Shown in pieces: positions 47,035-57,174 of a stretch of 64,000 bases of DNA; position 1 is the first letter of the stretch, and the number at the start of each line of letters is the position of its first letter. The notes beneath the pieces are model-generated. The model was not told the DNA's origin and did not search any database. It saw nothing but the letters and a program-made list of their open reading frames with translations. Made by a program: the position numbers and the translations under genes. The DNA comes from a virus, in the IMG/VR virus record IMGVR_UViG_3300046047_000262; one strand, given 5' to 3'.

Positions 47035-47642
47035 AAGGAACAATGATTACACAGGAACCATACATACTGGGATTGGATCTCGATGGTACGATATGCGATT
47101 ATCCAAGGGGTCTCAGTGATTTCATGCATAAGAACTATCCTGACCCTGATCATTACTCGCTTGTTGATGCGACGGGTTGGGAATTCCAGGATATGAACGA
47201 GTACCTGACTGTCCAACGTGAAGCGGTAGCCGATGATCTCTACGCTAATCTCAAAGTGTATGATGGTGTTGCGGACACTCTTGCCGAGCTGTCATCAATG
47301 AATGTTCATATCAGGATCGTGACGGATAGGTTCTTCGCCGGTAGGGATCAACAATCCATTATATCCTATGATACGGTATCATGGCTGAAATATAATAACA
47401 TACCATATGATTCCCTGTGTTTCACTGGTATCAAGGATAACATCGGTGCTGACTTGTATATTGAGGATTCACCTAAGAACATCAACGATCTGCGTTCAAG
47501 TGGGTACCATACCATGGTACGTGACCAATTGTACAATCTTAAGGTTCATGGGCCACGATTGCGGACATGGGTGAACTCCGCTCAGACCATCATGGATGAG
47601 ATAGTTGATACCGAAAAAATAGGCGTTAGCATCAATAAGTAA
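47031..47642 (+). CDS. 5'(3')-deoxyribonucleotidase (NT5C, HAD)
   Basis: LGLDLDGTICD, IVTDR, DLYIEDSPKN. Confidence 0.88.
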   Translation: MKGTMITQEPYILGLDLDGTICDYPRGLSDFMHKNYPDPDHYSLVDATGWEFQDMNEYLTVQREAVADDLYANLKVYDGVADTLAELSSMNVHIRIVTDRFFAGRDQQSIISYDTVSWLKYNNIPYDSLCFTGIKDNIGADLYIEDSPKNINDLRSSGYHTMVRDQLYNLKVHGPRLRTWVNSAQTIMDEIVDTEKIGVSINK

Positions 47643-47745
47643 CTAGGGCAATAAAAACTTATACGTAATAATCGTATTAAACGCTTAGAGAGCCGTTTAT
47701 TCAACGTTTAGGGGTATCTGAGCGGTCATATGATTATGAATATGG

Positions 47746-47782
47746 AATAACCCCCACGGGGATGATACCCGTGGGGGTTATT
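47746..47782. terminator. Bidirectional terminator
   Basis: AATAACCCCCACGGG...CCCGTGGGGGTTATT. Confidence 0.8.
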
Positions 47783-47801
47783 GTTACCATCCTATACAGG
47801 A

Positions 47802-49400
47802 TTATTCAGCAGTGGTTCGCGACTTCCTCCAAGCGAATCCTGCACCGATAATGGCGAGAAGGAACACGAACAGACCAATACCACCCGTAGCGGGGATACT
47901 AGTGATCTTCGGAGCATTATAGAATGTTCCAGTAAGATCCGTATTCGCCTTGAAGAACCATGCGGCCGCAGCGCCAGTTGAAGTCAGACCTGAGATCGCA
48001 CCATTATCATCACGGGTCGCAGTGATCGTGAAATCAGCGGTGGTACCATTAGGAACAGTGACATGACCAGCACCAGCCTTCACCTGGGCGAACGTGTACT
48101 TCGCCGAGTCCAGACCATTCACCACGAACTTACCATTCGCATCAGTAGTCAGCGTATCGGTTCCAGCGGGATCGATCACGTATACGCCATCAGCGGTCTT
48201 CGTGACCTTCAATGCCGACCCATCCCTACTGATAGTGAACGTGGAACCCGCAACCAGAACACTGTTATCAACGAAATCAACGTTAGTGAACGATGACTGG
48301 TACGTGTACACGCTCACCTTGGATGATGCCGATGCGTAAGCGTTACCTGTCAGGGCATCCTTAGTGTAAACAAGAATAGCAGATGCGGTGATAGGTGCTG
48401 GCTGAGTTACCGTGGATGACTTAGCGGTATTCAGTAATATTGCACTGTACTTCACATCCACGACGGTTCCCGTAGTGATGGTGCCATCGGCAACATATGA
48501 TGACAGGTTGATTGCAGTGGATGTCTTAGTATGCGTGATCCTATCCGTGGTATCAAGCTTGGTACCGTTGACAGTGACCGTCAGATCAGCGTCATTGAAG
48601 GATAATGATGTCGGCAATGTGATGGTAGGACGGAAGATGTACTTGGAAGTATCATAACCTGTAAGCACAGGAGCGGTGATCGTAGTGTCGTAATAGACCT
48701 TATCACCGATCTGATGATCGTTATCCGTGGTATCAGCACCAGTGGAATCCACCAGTTTGCTTGATACTACGGCTTCAGTCGACTTCTCCTCGATCTTACC
48801 CAGTGAACCATCAGCGAAATTCGCACCGTTCACCGTGGTACCGACAAGCATCGGGATGGAATCGGTTCGACCGCCATCCTGATTCGTCGGATAATCCTTG
48901 GAAGCATCAATGACAAGGTAATACCCATCACTGAGACCATTGATGACCGTGGTATCTGATGTAGCCGTCACTTGGGCGTTCGTAGCGGCATCAATCAGTG
49001 AACTCACATCGGATTGCTTCACCAGCTCGGTAACGAACGTACGAAGCTTACCCTGCCAGTTATCACCATCAGCACGCAGTTTCCATGCCACGTACCCGAT
49101 AGGGTTATCAGCATACTGGGTGCTCTTATACCCTTCACCCATGCTGTCCAGAACGGTTTCCGCAGCGTTGACCACGGTACTGTTGGATTCCACATCAAGA
49201 CCCTTGACGGTTCCATCGGTGTTCAACTCCGCATTAGCGTACGATCCCAGTGGGATCGCCTCGTAGAGATGCTCGCTCGTCGTGTTCGTGATGGTGATGG
49301 AAGCAGTGCCAGCATCAGCCGCCATTGCCGGTGTGACCATGGTAGTCCCCATGGCGATGATGGCAGCACCGGCCACCAGTGTCTTTTGTAACTTGTTCAC
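47802..49400 (-). CDS. Sortase-dependent major pilin
   Basis: Signal peptide, GLSDGYYLV, KIEEKS pilin-motif Lys, E-box-like, IPATG+TM+basic tail. Confidence 0.88.
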   Translation of the reverse strand: MNKLQKTLVAGAAIIAMGTTMVTPAMAADAGTASITITNTTSEHLYEAIPLGSYANAELNTDGTVKGLDVESNSTVVNAAETVLDSMGEGYKSTQYADNPIGYVAWKLRADGDNWQGKLRTFVTELVKQSDVSSLIDAATNAQVTATSDTTVINGLSDGYYLVIDASKDYPTNQDGGRTDSIPMLVGTTVNGANFADGSLGKIEEKSTEAVVSSKLVDSTGADTTDNDHQIGDKVYYDTTITAPVLTGYDTSKYIFRPTITLPTSLSFNDADLTVTVNGTKLDTTDRITHTKTSTAINLSSYVADGTITTGTVVDVKYSAILLNTAKSSTVTQPAPITASAILVYTKDALTGNAYASASSKVSVYTYQSSFTNVDFVDNSVLVAGSTFTISRDGSALKVTKTADGVYVIDPAGTDTLTTDANGKFVVNGLDSAKYTFAQVKAGAGHVTVPNGTTADFTITATRDDNGAISGLTSTGAAAAWFFKANTDLTGTFYNAPKITSIPATGGIGLFVFLLAIIGAGFAWRKSRTTAE

Positions 49401-50269
49401 ATTAACCTTTCTGTTATGGAGTTCATGATCATGAACCTGTTCCTATGAAAATTCCTGATGATCATCCTACTCGCGATCAACATGATGACATCAAACATGA
49501 TGATGACGGCATACATAAGAACATGATCCTTCTGGTCATCATTGTTTATTGTACCATCTTTTACACGAATAGCATCAATCACAAGCCTATGCGTATTCAC
49601 ACCATACGGTGTGCATGTCAACAATGTGATCATATCCTTACCCTTGACCACGGTAAGCTCACTCACCTGCTCGGGTTCTATGACACTCACAGTACTGACC
49701 TTGTATGATAAACGTTCACCCATGACATCAACATAGATCATATCACCACTGGACAGTTCGTCCGCTCTGGTGAGTAGGAGATTATTCGGTTTACCACGAT
49801 GACCAGCTATCACCGAGCGGGTTGATTCCCCGCCCACTGGTAATGAAGTACCGTATAAGTGACCAAGCCCCTGATTGAGTACTTGTTCCGATGTCCCGTG
49901 CCTGACAGGAAGCTTCAAGGATATTGAGGGTATGCTTATCGTAGCCATGATTCCATCATCGGTGCGCAACGCATTCGTATATGATGACGGGTATGATATG
50001 CTCGCCTTCGGGTAAGGGTCACCAAGGGATGATTGCGGTGACGATGCGATACCATGATTGTATGATACCGCATTCCTGATGATGCTTTTCCGTTGTGACG
50101 ATGGAATACTCGATACTTCCTTTGCGTGTGATTCCACCGCGTATGACTCATGCATATTGTTCACTATCATCATGCCCACGGGTGCAATACCGACGATCAG
50201 GAGAACACAGGCTATGATACGCCATGTCAACGCCTTACCGCTCATTGGCAAACACCTTTCTATACGCAC
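49397..50269 (-). CDS. Class C sortase
   Basis: DPY lid, GHLYGTSLPVGG, AGHRG, TLLTCTPYGVNTHRL. Confidence 0.96.
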   Translation of the reverse strand: MRIERCLPMSGKALTWRIIACVLLIVGIAPVGMMIVNNMHESYAVESHAKEVSSIPSSQRKSIIRNAVSYNHGIASSPQSSLGDPYPKASISYPSSYTNALRTDDGIMATISIPSISLKLPVRHGTSEQVLNQGLGHLYGTSLPVGGESTRSVIAGHRGKPNNLLLTRADELSSGDMIYVDVMGERLSYKVSTVSVIEPEQVSELTVVKGKDMITLLTCTPYGVNTHRLVIDAIRVKDGTINNDDQKDHVLMYAVIIMFDVIMLIASRMIIRNFHRNRFMIMNSITERLM

Positions 50270-52928
50270 ACGACATGATGATGCCGATGATCAATGCAGT
50301 CAATGGTACCACAGTTCCCATGAGATTGCCACCCGTCGCCGGAATCATGGTGATCACAGGGGTATTCGTCACCACTGTGGTTCCTGAATTGTCAACACTG
50401 ACATCATCATACGAGCTTGTCAGCACCCACATTCTACTACTGGCATTGAATTTGAGCATGAACATACTCACCGTCTGGTAACCAGTAAGCGATAATTGAC
50501 GCACCGTGATCGTATTATCCGTATCCAGATCATTGAATGTCATCATACCCTGATCATTCGTCATGAGTGTGGAAGTCCCGTTCCCATCATCCACGGTGAA
50601 TTGGGCATTAGGTATGGACGCACCCGAGTTATCCTTAAGTTGGATATTCACCGAAGCGGTGAGCGGTGCTTTCGTCACGGTGATGATGATTCGTGAACGA
50701 TCCGCACTCGTGGACACTGAGAAACCCCAATCAGTCGTCACCATACTGGATGAACCATTATCGAACATGACTGATGTGATGATACCATTACCGTCCCTGT
50801 TCACATGGATCCGGACAGTAGTCCCGGGTATGATGATACAAGACTCCCCGTTACCCGCTGGCAATGCTGCCATGTCATCATCACCGACAGTAATCTGCGT
50901 ATGAACCCCATCACATTTACCGTAATGCAACGAACCTATCCTATTACGTCCTGATAACTGTTCGATACTTACCGTGGATGCCGCTTTCCAAACACCCAGA
51001 TCACGGGCGTTCATCCGGAATGACACCCCATCAGTACTCGTGATAGCTCCATTGGATGATGACCAAGTACCATCATCATGTAGGCTCATGGTGACATCCA
51101 ATGTAGTAGAACCATCACTGAACGCCCAGGATGCAGGTAATGATATGGTGGCTTCGAAAGTTCCAGAAGCCGAACAGACGCCATCACTGGTACATGAGAC
51201 GGACTTACTGGTGATCGACGGGCGTGTAACGGCATCCGACCATTCATCATGAACCGTCACGTCGAATGGATGCATCACTGGTCCAGCTGGTACGGTTACC
51301 AGCGTGGTACCAGTACCGGCCGAGGAACTCGACCATGCGGACATATCACCTTTATTCACCAAGGCGTTCTTTGAAGTAACGCTACTGATACTTGAACCAG
51401 TAGACCAATGACCCTCATGATCAACCCATGATCCTGTCATCAATGATGATGGTGACAGGATTGATGACACTGTTGAATCATCGGCTTTGATCTTATCCCG
51501 TACCCATGATTGCGTTGATGTTACAGGATTCCATGATTCAGGCCAAGTGGGAATCGTATAATCGTTCACCGAAGCCTGCTGCAAAGTGCCGGTGTTCACC
51601 AGATTCAAACCAGAACCCGTGATACTGGCAACAGGTGATGTACTACCGATAAACGCTAGTTTACCTGTATTATCAACAGCAGTGGTGTTCTCCTTGATGA
51701 CACCGCCCTCTAGGATCAACGTACCCGAGTTGAGAACACCGACACCACTACCACTGATGGTACCAGATGACATCAACATGGTGGAACCAGCAGTGTTGTT
51801 CACTGCTTGAATGCCACCAGTGAGAATACCAGTCGAACTCATGATCAGCGAACCATTATTGATGATTCCAGTGCCGATACCATTCACTGATGCGGACCCT
51901 GATAATAACAGGTGACCTGATGATTGGTTGGTAACAGGATTTATCGTAGCGTCATGCGAGGTGAGATCAGAGCTCCCCGCCACGTTAAACTTACCCGAGT
52001 TGATCATGGTGGTGGCGTCACTTGTCGTACCGTCAACAGTAAGCATGGAACCTTGACCATTAGTGATGATCCCGCCATGTAGTGTGCTTGTTCCTATGGT
52101 TCCCGTACCTGCTGATTCAAGAACAACACGGGTTCCCGTAAGGTTTGATCCTGTGATGCTCATTGTTGACTGATGCCAAGTGACATTGGTATTGGTGATC
52201 GTGGAATCGGTGATTGTCCCCGAGCCGCCTGTTGACTGGTAATGGATACTGTCAGCGATGATACCATTGATCTTTACAGTCGATCCCCATTCCTGATGTA
52301 TACCCGTGTTCCCATTACCATGCAATGAGAACGCACCGTTGACATTAAGCGAACCGTTCTGTGTAGAGAACACATCGCCATTGACGTTCATGGTCACGTT
52401 AGCAGTGGTATTGAATACTCCTTGCCCACCGCGAATGTAGAACATCGCATTAGTGTAATCACCGCTCATGCTCACAGGTGATGACCAATTCGCTTTAACG
52501 ATACCCGTGTTCTCGGTATCCACTAATGCTGTTGCCTTGAGATTACTCGTATTGATATCATACGCATTGAACCCACCGTAAACAGTGAACACATTACCAG
52601 CGGTACCAGTGAACGTGATGTTCCTGATCGTGAGAACCGATGATGATGGTACCATGATGGATGCCCATGATCCTGATGATGAGTTCATGGTCAGCGTGAT
52701 GTTCCCATTACCTGGAGCTGGGATCAACGTAACATTCGCGTTTGCGGGCATCACAGTGTAAGCGGCATCCATGGTGATGTCGTTTTGTAGGCATATGGTG
52801 CTCGAACCTGAAGCATTACTCAATGAGTTCTCAAGTTCTGTAGCTGTCGTCACGCTTACCGAGCATACAGTGTCGGCATGTGATTCTGGTACGCAGAACA
52901 TGCCCGCCACCATAGCGATGACGGGCAT
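50235..52928 (-). CDS. Pilus tip or ancillary adhesin with beta-helix-like region
   Basis: N/G/S/T-rich repeats, Cna-B-like C-terminal domain, IPATG+TM+basic tail. Confidence 0.82.
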   Translation of the reverse strand: MPVIAMVAGMFCVPESHADTVCSVSVTTATELENSLSNASGSSTICLQNDITMDAAYTVMPANANVTLIPAPGNGNITLTMNSSSGSWASIMVPSSSVLTIRNITFTGTAGNVFTVYGGFNAYDINTSNLKATALVDTENTGIVKANWSSPVSMSGDYTNAMFYIRGGQGVFNTTANVTMNVNGDVFSTQNGSLNVNGAFSLHGNGNTGIHQEWGSTVKINGIIADSIHYQSTGGSGTITDSTITNTNVTWHQSTMSITGSNLTGTRVVLESAGTGTIGTSTLHGGIITNGQGSMLTVDGTTSDATTMINSGKFNVAGSSDLTSHDATINPVTNQSSGHLLLSGSASVNGIGTGIINNGSLIMSSTGILTGGIQAVNNTAGSTMLMSSGTISGSGVGVLNSGTLILEGGVIKENTTAVDNTGKLAFIGSTSPVASITGSGLNLVNTGTLQQASVNDYTIPTWPESWNPVTSTQSWVRDKIKADDSTVSSILSPSSLMTGSWVDHEGHWSTGSSISSVTSKNALVNKGDMSAWSSSSAGTGTTLVTVPAGPVMHPFDVTVHDEWSDAVTRPSITSKSVSCTSDGVCSASGTFEATISLPASWAFSDGSTTLDVTMSLHDDGTWSSSNGAITSTDGVSFRMNARDLGVWKAASTVSIEQLSGRNRIGSLHYGKCDGVHTQITVGDDDMAALPAGNGESCIIIPGTTVRIHVNRDGNGIITSVMFDNGSSSMVTTDWGFSVSTSADRSRIIITVTKAPLTASVNIQLKDNSGASIPNAQFTVDDGNGTSTLMTNDQGMMTFNDLDTDNTITVRQLSLTGYQTVSMFMLKFNASSRMWVLTSSYDDVSVDNSGTTVVTNTPVITMIPATGGNLMGTVVPLTALIIGIIMSCAYRKVFANER

Positions 52929-52970
52929 GATTACTGAGATGATTGGTTTGATGCTATACCTACTGATGGG

Positions 52971-53381
52971 TTATCTTCCTTGTTTCCTGGTGAACATACC
53001 GAGAGCATTGTCGATCAGTGATACTGGAATGTCATATTGTTTTGAGATGTACTCAACCGTGGTATCATCGCTCTCATTGTGGTGCCGTTGTCGACGTAAT
53101 GCGTACAATCCCAGGATGGCTCCCAGTGCCCAACCCTTGTGTTCAGGAGAGATGATAGTCCGTTTGATAGTGGTCGTGGTCTGCTGCGGATCGTCAGTGA
53201 TGATCGCGGCGATGGCACCTGAGAATAAGGTATCCAGTGTTTTCCTGTTACGGATCTTCGGTGCCGCGAATGACATGACCTGATTAGCGGCTCGCCCTTC
53301 TTCAATGGTGAGTGTTCTTGGCAACCTGTGTCGGCGTATCCAATCGGCTACCCTGTAATCAACGTATTCATTCGTGTCCAT
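52971..53381 (-). CDS. Hypothetical protein
   Basis: GGAAGGAG SD; 136 aa. Confidence 0.7.
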   Translation of the reverse strand: MDTNEYVDYRVADWIRRHRLPRTLTIEEGRAANQVMSFAAPKIRNRKTLDTLFSGAIAAIITDDPQQTTTTIKRTIISPEHKGWALGAILGLYALRRQRHHNESDDTTVEYISKQYDIPVSLIDNALGMFTRKQGR

Positions 53382-53412
53382 AGGGTCTCCTTCCTAAAGT
53401 TTCATTATACCA

Positions 53413-53446
53413 GAATAGTGCCCCTGTTCTCATAGGGGCACTATTC
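53413..53446 (-). terminator. Terminator hairpin
   Basis: GAATAGTGCCCCT...AGGGGCACTATTC. Confidence 0.75.
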
Positions 53447-53458
53447 ACTATCATAGGC

Positions 53459-54712
53459 TCACTTGTTGAGTTCGATGTCTTTCATGATCTCTTCGGTTGA
53501 AGAGTTCAGGTTGCGTGCTTCCTCGTTACGCTTCTCAGTGTAATCAACCATAGCTTGATGCTTCTTGATGTTGATTGCAAGTTGTTCCACCTGCTGGGCA
53601 TCACGCTGACGCATGGTTTCAATGAGCTTCATCTGCTGGTCAAGAGCCTTCTTGGACTTCTCCAGATCATTGACAGTGGAATTACTGTCATCATAGATGC
53701 CGTTCATTGAGTTCTCAAGATTCTGAGCATTCGCTTCAGCAAGGTTATCGCTTGCTGAGTTCAGTGCGGTGTTCACACGACGTGCAGTCTCCTGAGTGGA
53801 GATACCCTGAGCGATACGAACTGCACTCTGGAACTGGAACAAGGAGGTGAGTCGTGCTCGACGGATCTCGTCAAGCATCTTGTTGTGACCCTTGATCAGA
53901 ATCTGTGCTGACAGGATGTACTGCATGTTACTGGATGCGATGGACAGCAGATCCATGGCTCGTCTCTGGATAGTGGCGAGAACCTCTGATTTCAATGCGA
54001 GAATCAGTTCTGGGTCAGCACCTTCTTTTTCCATTTCGGCGATGCGAATGGTCAGCTTGTCGGCAATGGCGGTGGCGAGAGCGGCTTTTTCCTTGGCGAT
54101 GCGGACGGCTTTCGTGGCGTTCTTCTGCTCATCATAGTACTTCACGATGTCCAAGGTCATCTGTGTCTCGCTGCGTTTCAATGCGTCGAAAATCTCATCA
54201 ATGACCGCACTGGCTTTGGTAGCCCTAGTCATGAAGGACTTCAGTGGATCATAGAACTTACGGAGAATCTTGTTGTTCGGACGATGAATGACCGCACTAC
54301 GAGTATTCAGATCGTTCAACGTGGAACTCAGTTGTTCAAGGGTCTTGGCAACATCCTTATCAGCTTGTTCACCTCGTTCCAACTGACCAAGCTTCGCGTT
54401 AAGATGATTATCCTGATCGACCTTCGGCAGGAATGGTTCAAGGCTTTCCTGACCGAACTCACTGTACTGATCGTGAATCTTCTTCAGATCAAGACCATCA
54501 AAGTTCAGACTACTCAGATTATGAACCTCACGATCAGAATCCTCTGCAATCTCCTTCTGCTTCTCAGCAGTCATCTCGTTGAGAACCTGGGCCTGTGCGG
54601 CCACTTCGTCAACATTGATATCCAGTTGACTCGGATCCTGTGCCTGTTCCTGTGCTGCTCCCATATGTAATAACCCTTTCCTTAATGGTCCGTTTAATAA
54701 CAGTGGAACCAT
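53459..54712 (-). CDS. TelA/KlaA-like toxic anion resistance protein
   Basis: All-helical; QRRAMDL, LDEIRRA, SDNLAEANAQNL resemble TelA; true start probably at the downstream MGAAQE Met. Confidence 0.75.
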   Translation of the reverse strand: MVPLLLNGPLRKGLLHMGAAQEQAQDPSQLDINVDEVAAQAQVLNEMTAEKQKEIAEDSDREVHNLSSLNFDGLDLKKIHDQYSEFGQESLEPFLPKVDQDNHLNAKLGQLERGEQADKDVAKTLEQLSSTLNDLNTRSAVIHRPNNKILRKFYDPLKSFMTRATKASAVIDEIFDALKRSETQMTLDIVKYYDEQKNATKAVRIAKEKAALATAIADKLTIRIAEMEKEGADPELILALKSEVLATIQRRAMDLLSIASSNMQYILSAQILIKGHNKMLDEIRRARLTSLFQFQSAVRIAQGISTQETARRVNTALNSASDNLAEANAQNLENSMNGIYDDSNSTVNDLEKSKKALDQQMKLIETMRQRDAQQVEQLAINIKKHQAMVDYTEKRNEEARNLNSSTEEIMKDIELNK

Positions 54713-54764
54713 AATAGCACATATTAAACGGTAATGTCAAATCAAATGGTATAGGAATAATATT

Positions 54765-54794
54765 ATAGCCCGATTCCAAACGGAATCGGGCTAT
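54765..54794 (-). terminator. Terminator hairpin
   Basis: ATAGCCCGATTCC-AAAC-GGAATCGGGCTAT. Confidence 0.75.
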
Positions 54795-54820
54795 TCACTG
54801 AGAAAACTTATACGGATACT

Positions 54821-55297
54821 CTAATCCTTCCTTAACAGGAATGATACCGTACCATCACCGGCATCACCATATCCTTTCACTCTGATATCCTCCACATGAT
54901 ACCCTTTGAATTCAGTCAGCAAGGTGGCGGCGACCTTATCCAGCACTTGCGAACGTTCCGCATCATCCTGAGTGGGATTCACATTAGCGGGGCGTTCACC
55001 ATAGACCAGATCGTCAGGATCGTCACTGGAATCGGCTTTCGATCCCTTGGCTACCAAGGTTACATGTGCTGTCACCGTGTCACCAGCATCGTTCAGTACC
55101 GCATCAAGAAGCGTCACTGGTCTGAACGGTGAATCATCACTGTTATTCATGCTATCAAAAACGTAATCATGGGCAATCTTACGTAGCAATTCCGATTGCG
55201 GTTTACCTTGGACAGTGACATTGAAACTTACATTGGCTTCAAGAGCATTATCCTCACCAGTATCATACCCGCTGCGTTTCTTCTTGAAAAAGATCAT
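54821..55297 (-). CDS. Hypothetical protein
   Basis: AAAGGTG SD; 158 aa. Confidence 0.7.
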   Translation of the reverse strand: MIFFKKKRSGYDTGEDNALEANVSFNVTVQGKPQSELLRKIAHDYVFDSMNNSDDSPFRPVTLLDAVLNDAGDTVTAHVTLVAKGSKADSSDDPDDLVYGERPANVNPTQDDAERSQVLDKVAATLLTEFKGYHVEDIRVKGYGDAGDGTVSFLLRKD

Positions 55298-55313
55298 TCA
55301 TACACCTTTCTTG

Positions 55314-55895
55314 TTAATACATGATTACATAGAACACGATCACGGTAACCATGAGCACAGGTACCATCAGTGACCACGCTGAATCAGCGAACTTATACGA
55401 TAATCGTGATGACCTGCCGAACCTGATCGCCCACATCCTCCATAATACCCAAATATCAAGCAGTATACCCGTGAACATGGTCAGGCACCACGGGCACAAC
55501 GCACCGATGACCACAGCACTTTGATAGGATAACCAAGCAGCGAAGACGAACGCTCCAGCCATGCCGATTCTCACGCACCATGTCATCCACTTGGGAATGC
55601 TCACTTTCGACATGATAAGCACGCCGAGCATCATGATCAATGGGAACGCCATGAGTCCAATGAAAGCATTGGGAACAGGCTTACCTGAAATGTTCAGTAA
55701 TGTGGATTGCCAGGATGCCGCGACCTTGGAACAGGATACTTTAGCACTGATATCACATGAGTACACGGCATCAGGATGCCCTGCTGACCATAATGCTTCA
55801 ATGGATAGCATCAGGCTGGCGAGTGCTCCCATTCCTGATCCGATGAACAACCAGAATCCATGCCATGGTCGTGAACGTCTTAATGTATTAATCAT
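55314..55895 (-). CDS. Vitamin K epoxide reductase (VKOR) family
   Basis: SCDISAKVSCSKVAASWQ, VPNAFIG, LCPWC. Confidence 0.92.
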   Translation of the reverse strand: MINTLRRSRPWHGFWLFIGSGMGALASLMLSIEALWSAGHPDAVYSCDISAKVSCSKVAASWQSTLLNISGKPVPNAFIGLMAFPLIMMLGVLIMSKVSIPKWMTWCVRIGMAGAFVFAAWLSYQSAVVIGALCPWCLTMFTGILLDIWVLWRMWAIRFGRSSRLSYKFADSAWSLMVPVLMVTVIVFYVIMY

Positions 55896-56542
55896 GCGTT
55901 TACTTCCTTGGTTCGCAATGACCCTTGGTTCACGTATCCTATTACAGCTGAGAGATCAAGGTTATTAGTCTGCATGAATCGTATGAACAATACCGTGAAC
56001 ACAGCCATGATCACCAGACTGACGAATAATCCTATCATGGGTACGATCTTACCTGATGCGTGATGAATCTTGGAATCCCTGAATAATGCTATAATCGATA
56101 AGACCAATCCGACTAAAGGAATACAGAAGGCGAAGAACAAACCGATGATGCCAAGTACGTCAACAGGATCATGATGAGTATCCTTATCATCAACATCATC
56201 ATTTACGGTGGTGTTCGCATTCAATGATTGCTGTTCATTATCATCATGATCCTGATTGGAATGCTCAGGAATCTGATCAACGGTAATGACAGGTACCTGT
56301 TCAGGTTGGTTGATCTGTTCATCAGTGAAATCAGCATCAATACCAGTATCAGTACTATCATCAGCAACGGGCACCATAGGAGTGGTACGATTCTGATCGA
56401 CGGCATTGAGATTCAGTGCGAATGGTGATTCACCATGATCCTTATCGTCGGTATGCGATGGCGGTCTATTCGACCAGATCATCTCCTTGTCATCGAATCC
56501 ACTGTCATCAGTGAACGGGTTCCTTCTCGTAGGCAGCACCAT
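55892..56542 (-). CDS. DUF4190-like membrane protein
   Basis: Acidic disordered N-terminus; LGIIGLFFAF..PLVGLVLSIIAL TM pair. Confidence 0.65.
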   Translation of the reverse strand: MVLPTRRNPFTDDSGFDDKEMIWSNRPPSHTDDKDHGESPFALNLNAVDQNRTTPMVPVADDSTDTGIDADFTDEQINQPEQVPVITVDQIPEHSNQDHDDNEQQSLNANTTVNDDVDDKDTHHDPVDVLGIIGLFFAFCIPLVGLVLSIIALFRDSKIHHASGKIVPMIGLFVSLVIMAVFTVLFIRFMQTNNLDLSAVIGYVNQGSLRTKEVNA

Positions 56543-56578
56543 GGTACATCCTTTCCTGCTTAACCTCGTTTATACTCA

Positions 56579-57088
56579 TTATATCGGATTTATGATGAAA
56601 TCAGGGAATTCCTTATCATTCCACTCAAGGATGTTATGACCATTGATGGCGTTCATGATGCCATTGTGTTCATGAGTGGTCATGGATACCACGATGTTCG
56701 CTATGATGCCGATATACTCGTCATAGCGATCGGGTGGGCACGAGTCATTGCCTATCATCAGATCTAATCCTTGCTCATCGTTGAGGTCAATGGTGAGCGT
56801 GCCCGCGGATCTGGTATCATCTGATAACCTGATGATATGATCGTCATCTACACCTGACATGTCACGTACCATGGTGATGGCATTACCATCGACATGATCG
56901 TTCGAGTTGTTCCTTAACATGGTTATTGGTAAGTTCTCTGAGAACTCGCATATATCGCAATCGGTTCCTGGTAATGGTAGGAACACGGAACCATATGATA
57001 ATGCTTGCATACACGCCGTGGATATGTTGTCATTAGTAGCGGGGTCCGTATTTACGACCAGCCACTTTCCCGTATCATGAGATGCCAT
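56579..57088 (-). CDS. Hypothetical protein
   Basis: 169 aa; GATATT-N8-ATG upstream. Confidence 0.65.
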   Translation of the reverse strand: MASHDTGKWLVVNTDPATNDNISTACMQALSYGSVFLPLPGTDCDICEFSENLPITMLRNNSNDHVDGNAITMVRDMSGVDDDHIIRLSDDTRSAGTLTIDLNDEQGLDLMIGNDSCPPDRYDEYIGIIANIVVSMTTHEHNGIMNAINGHNILEWNDKEFPDFIINPI

Positions 57089-57111
57089 GTGAAGGTAATA
57101 TCAGGAAAACA

Positions 57112-57158
57112 TATGGAATGGGCTTGAACGAAGCGTATCCGTTCAAGCCCATTCCATA
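57112..57158 (-). terminator. Long hairpin after rIIB-like gene
   Basis: TATGGAATGGGCTTGAACG...CGTTCAAGCCCATTCCATA. Confidence 0.75.
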
Positions 57159-57174
57159 GCACTACTGATTATGT

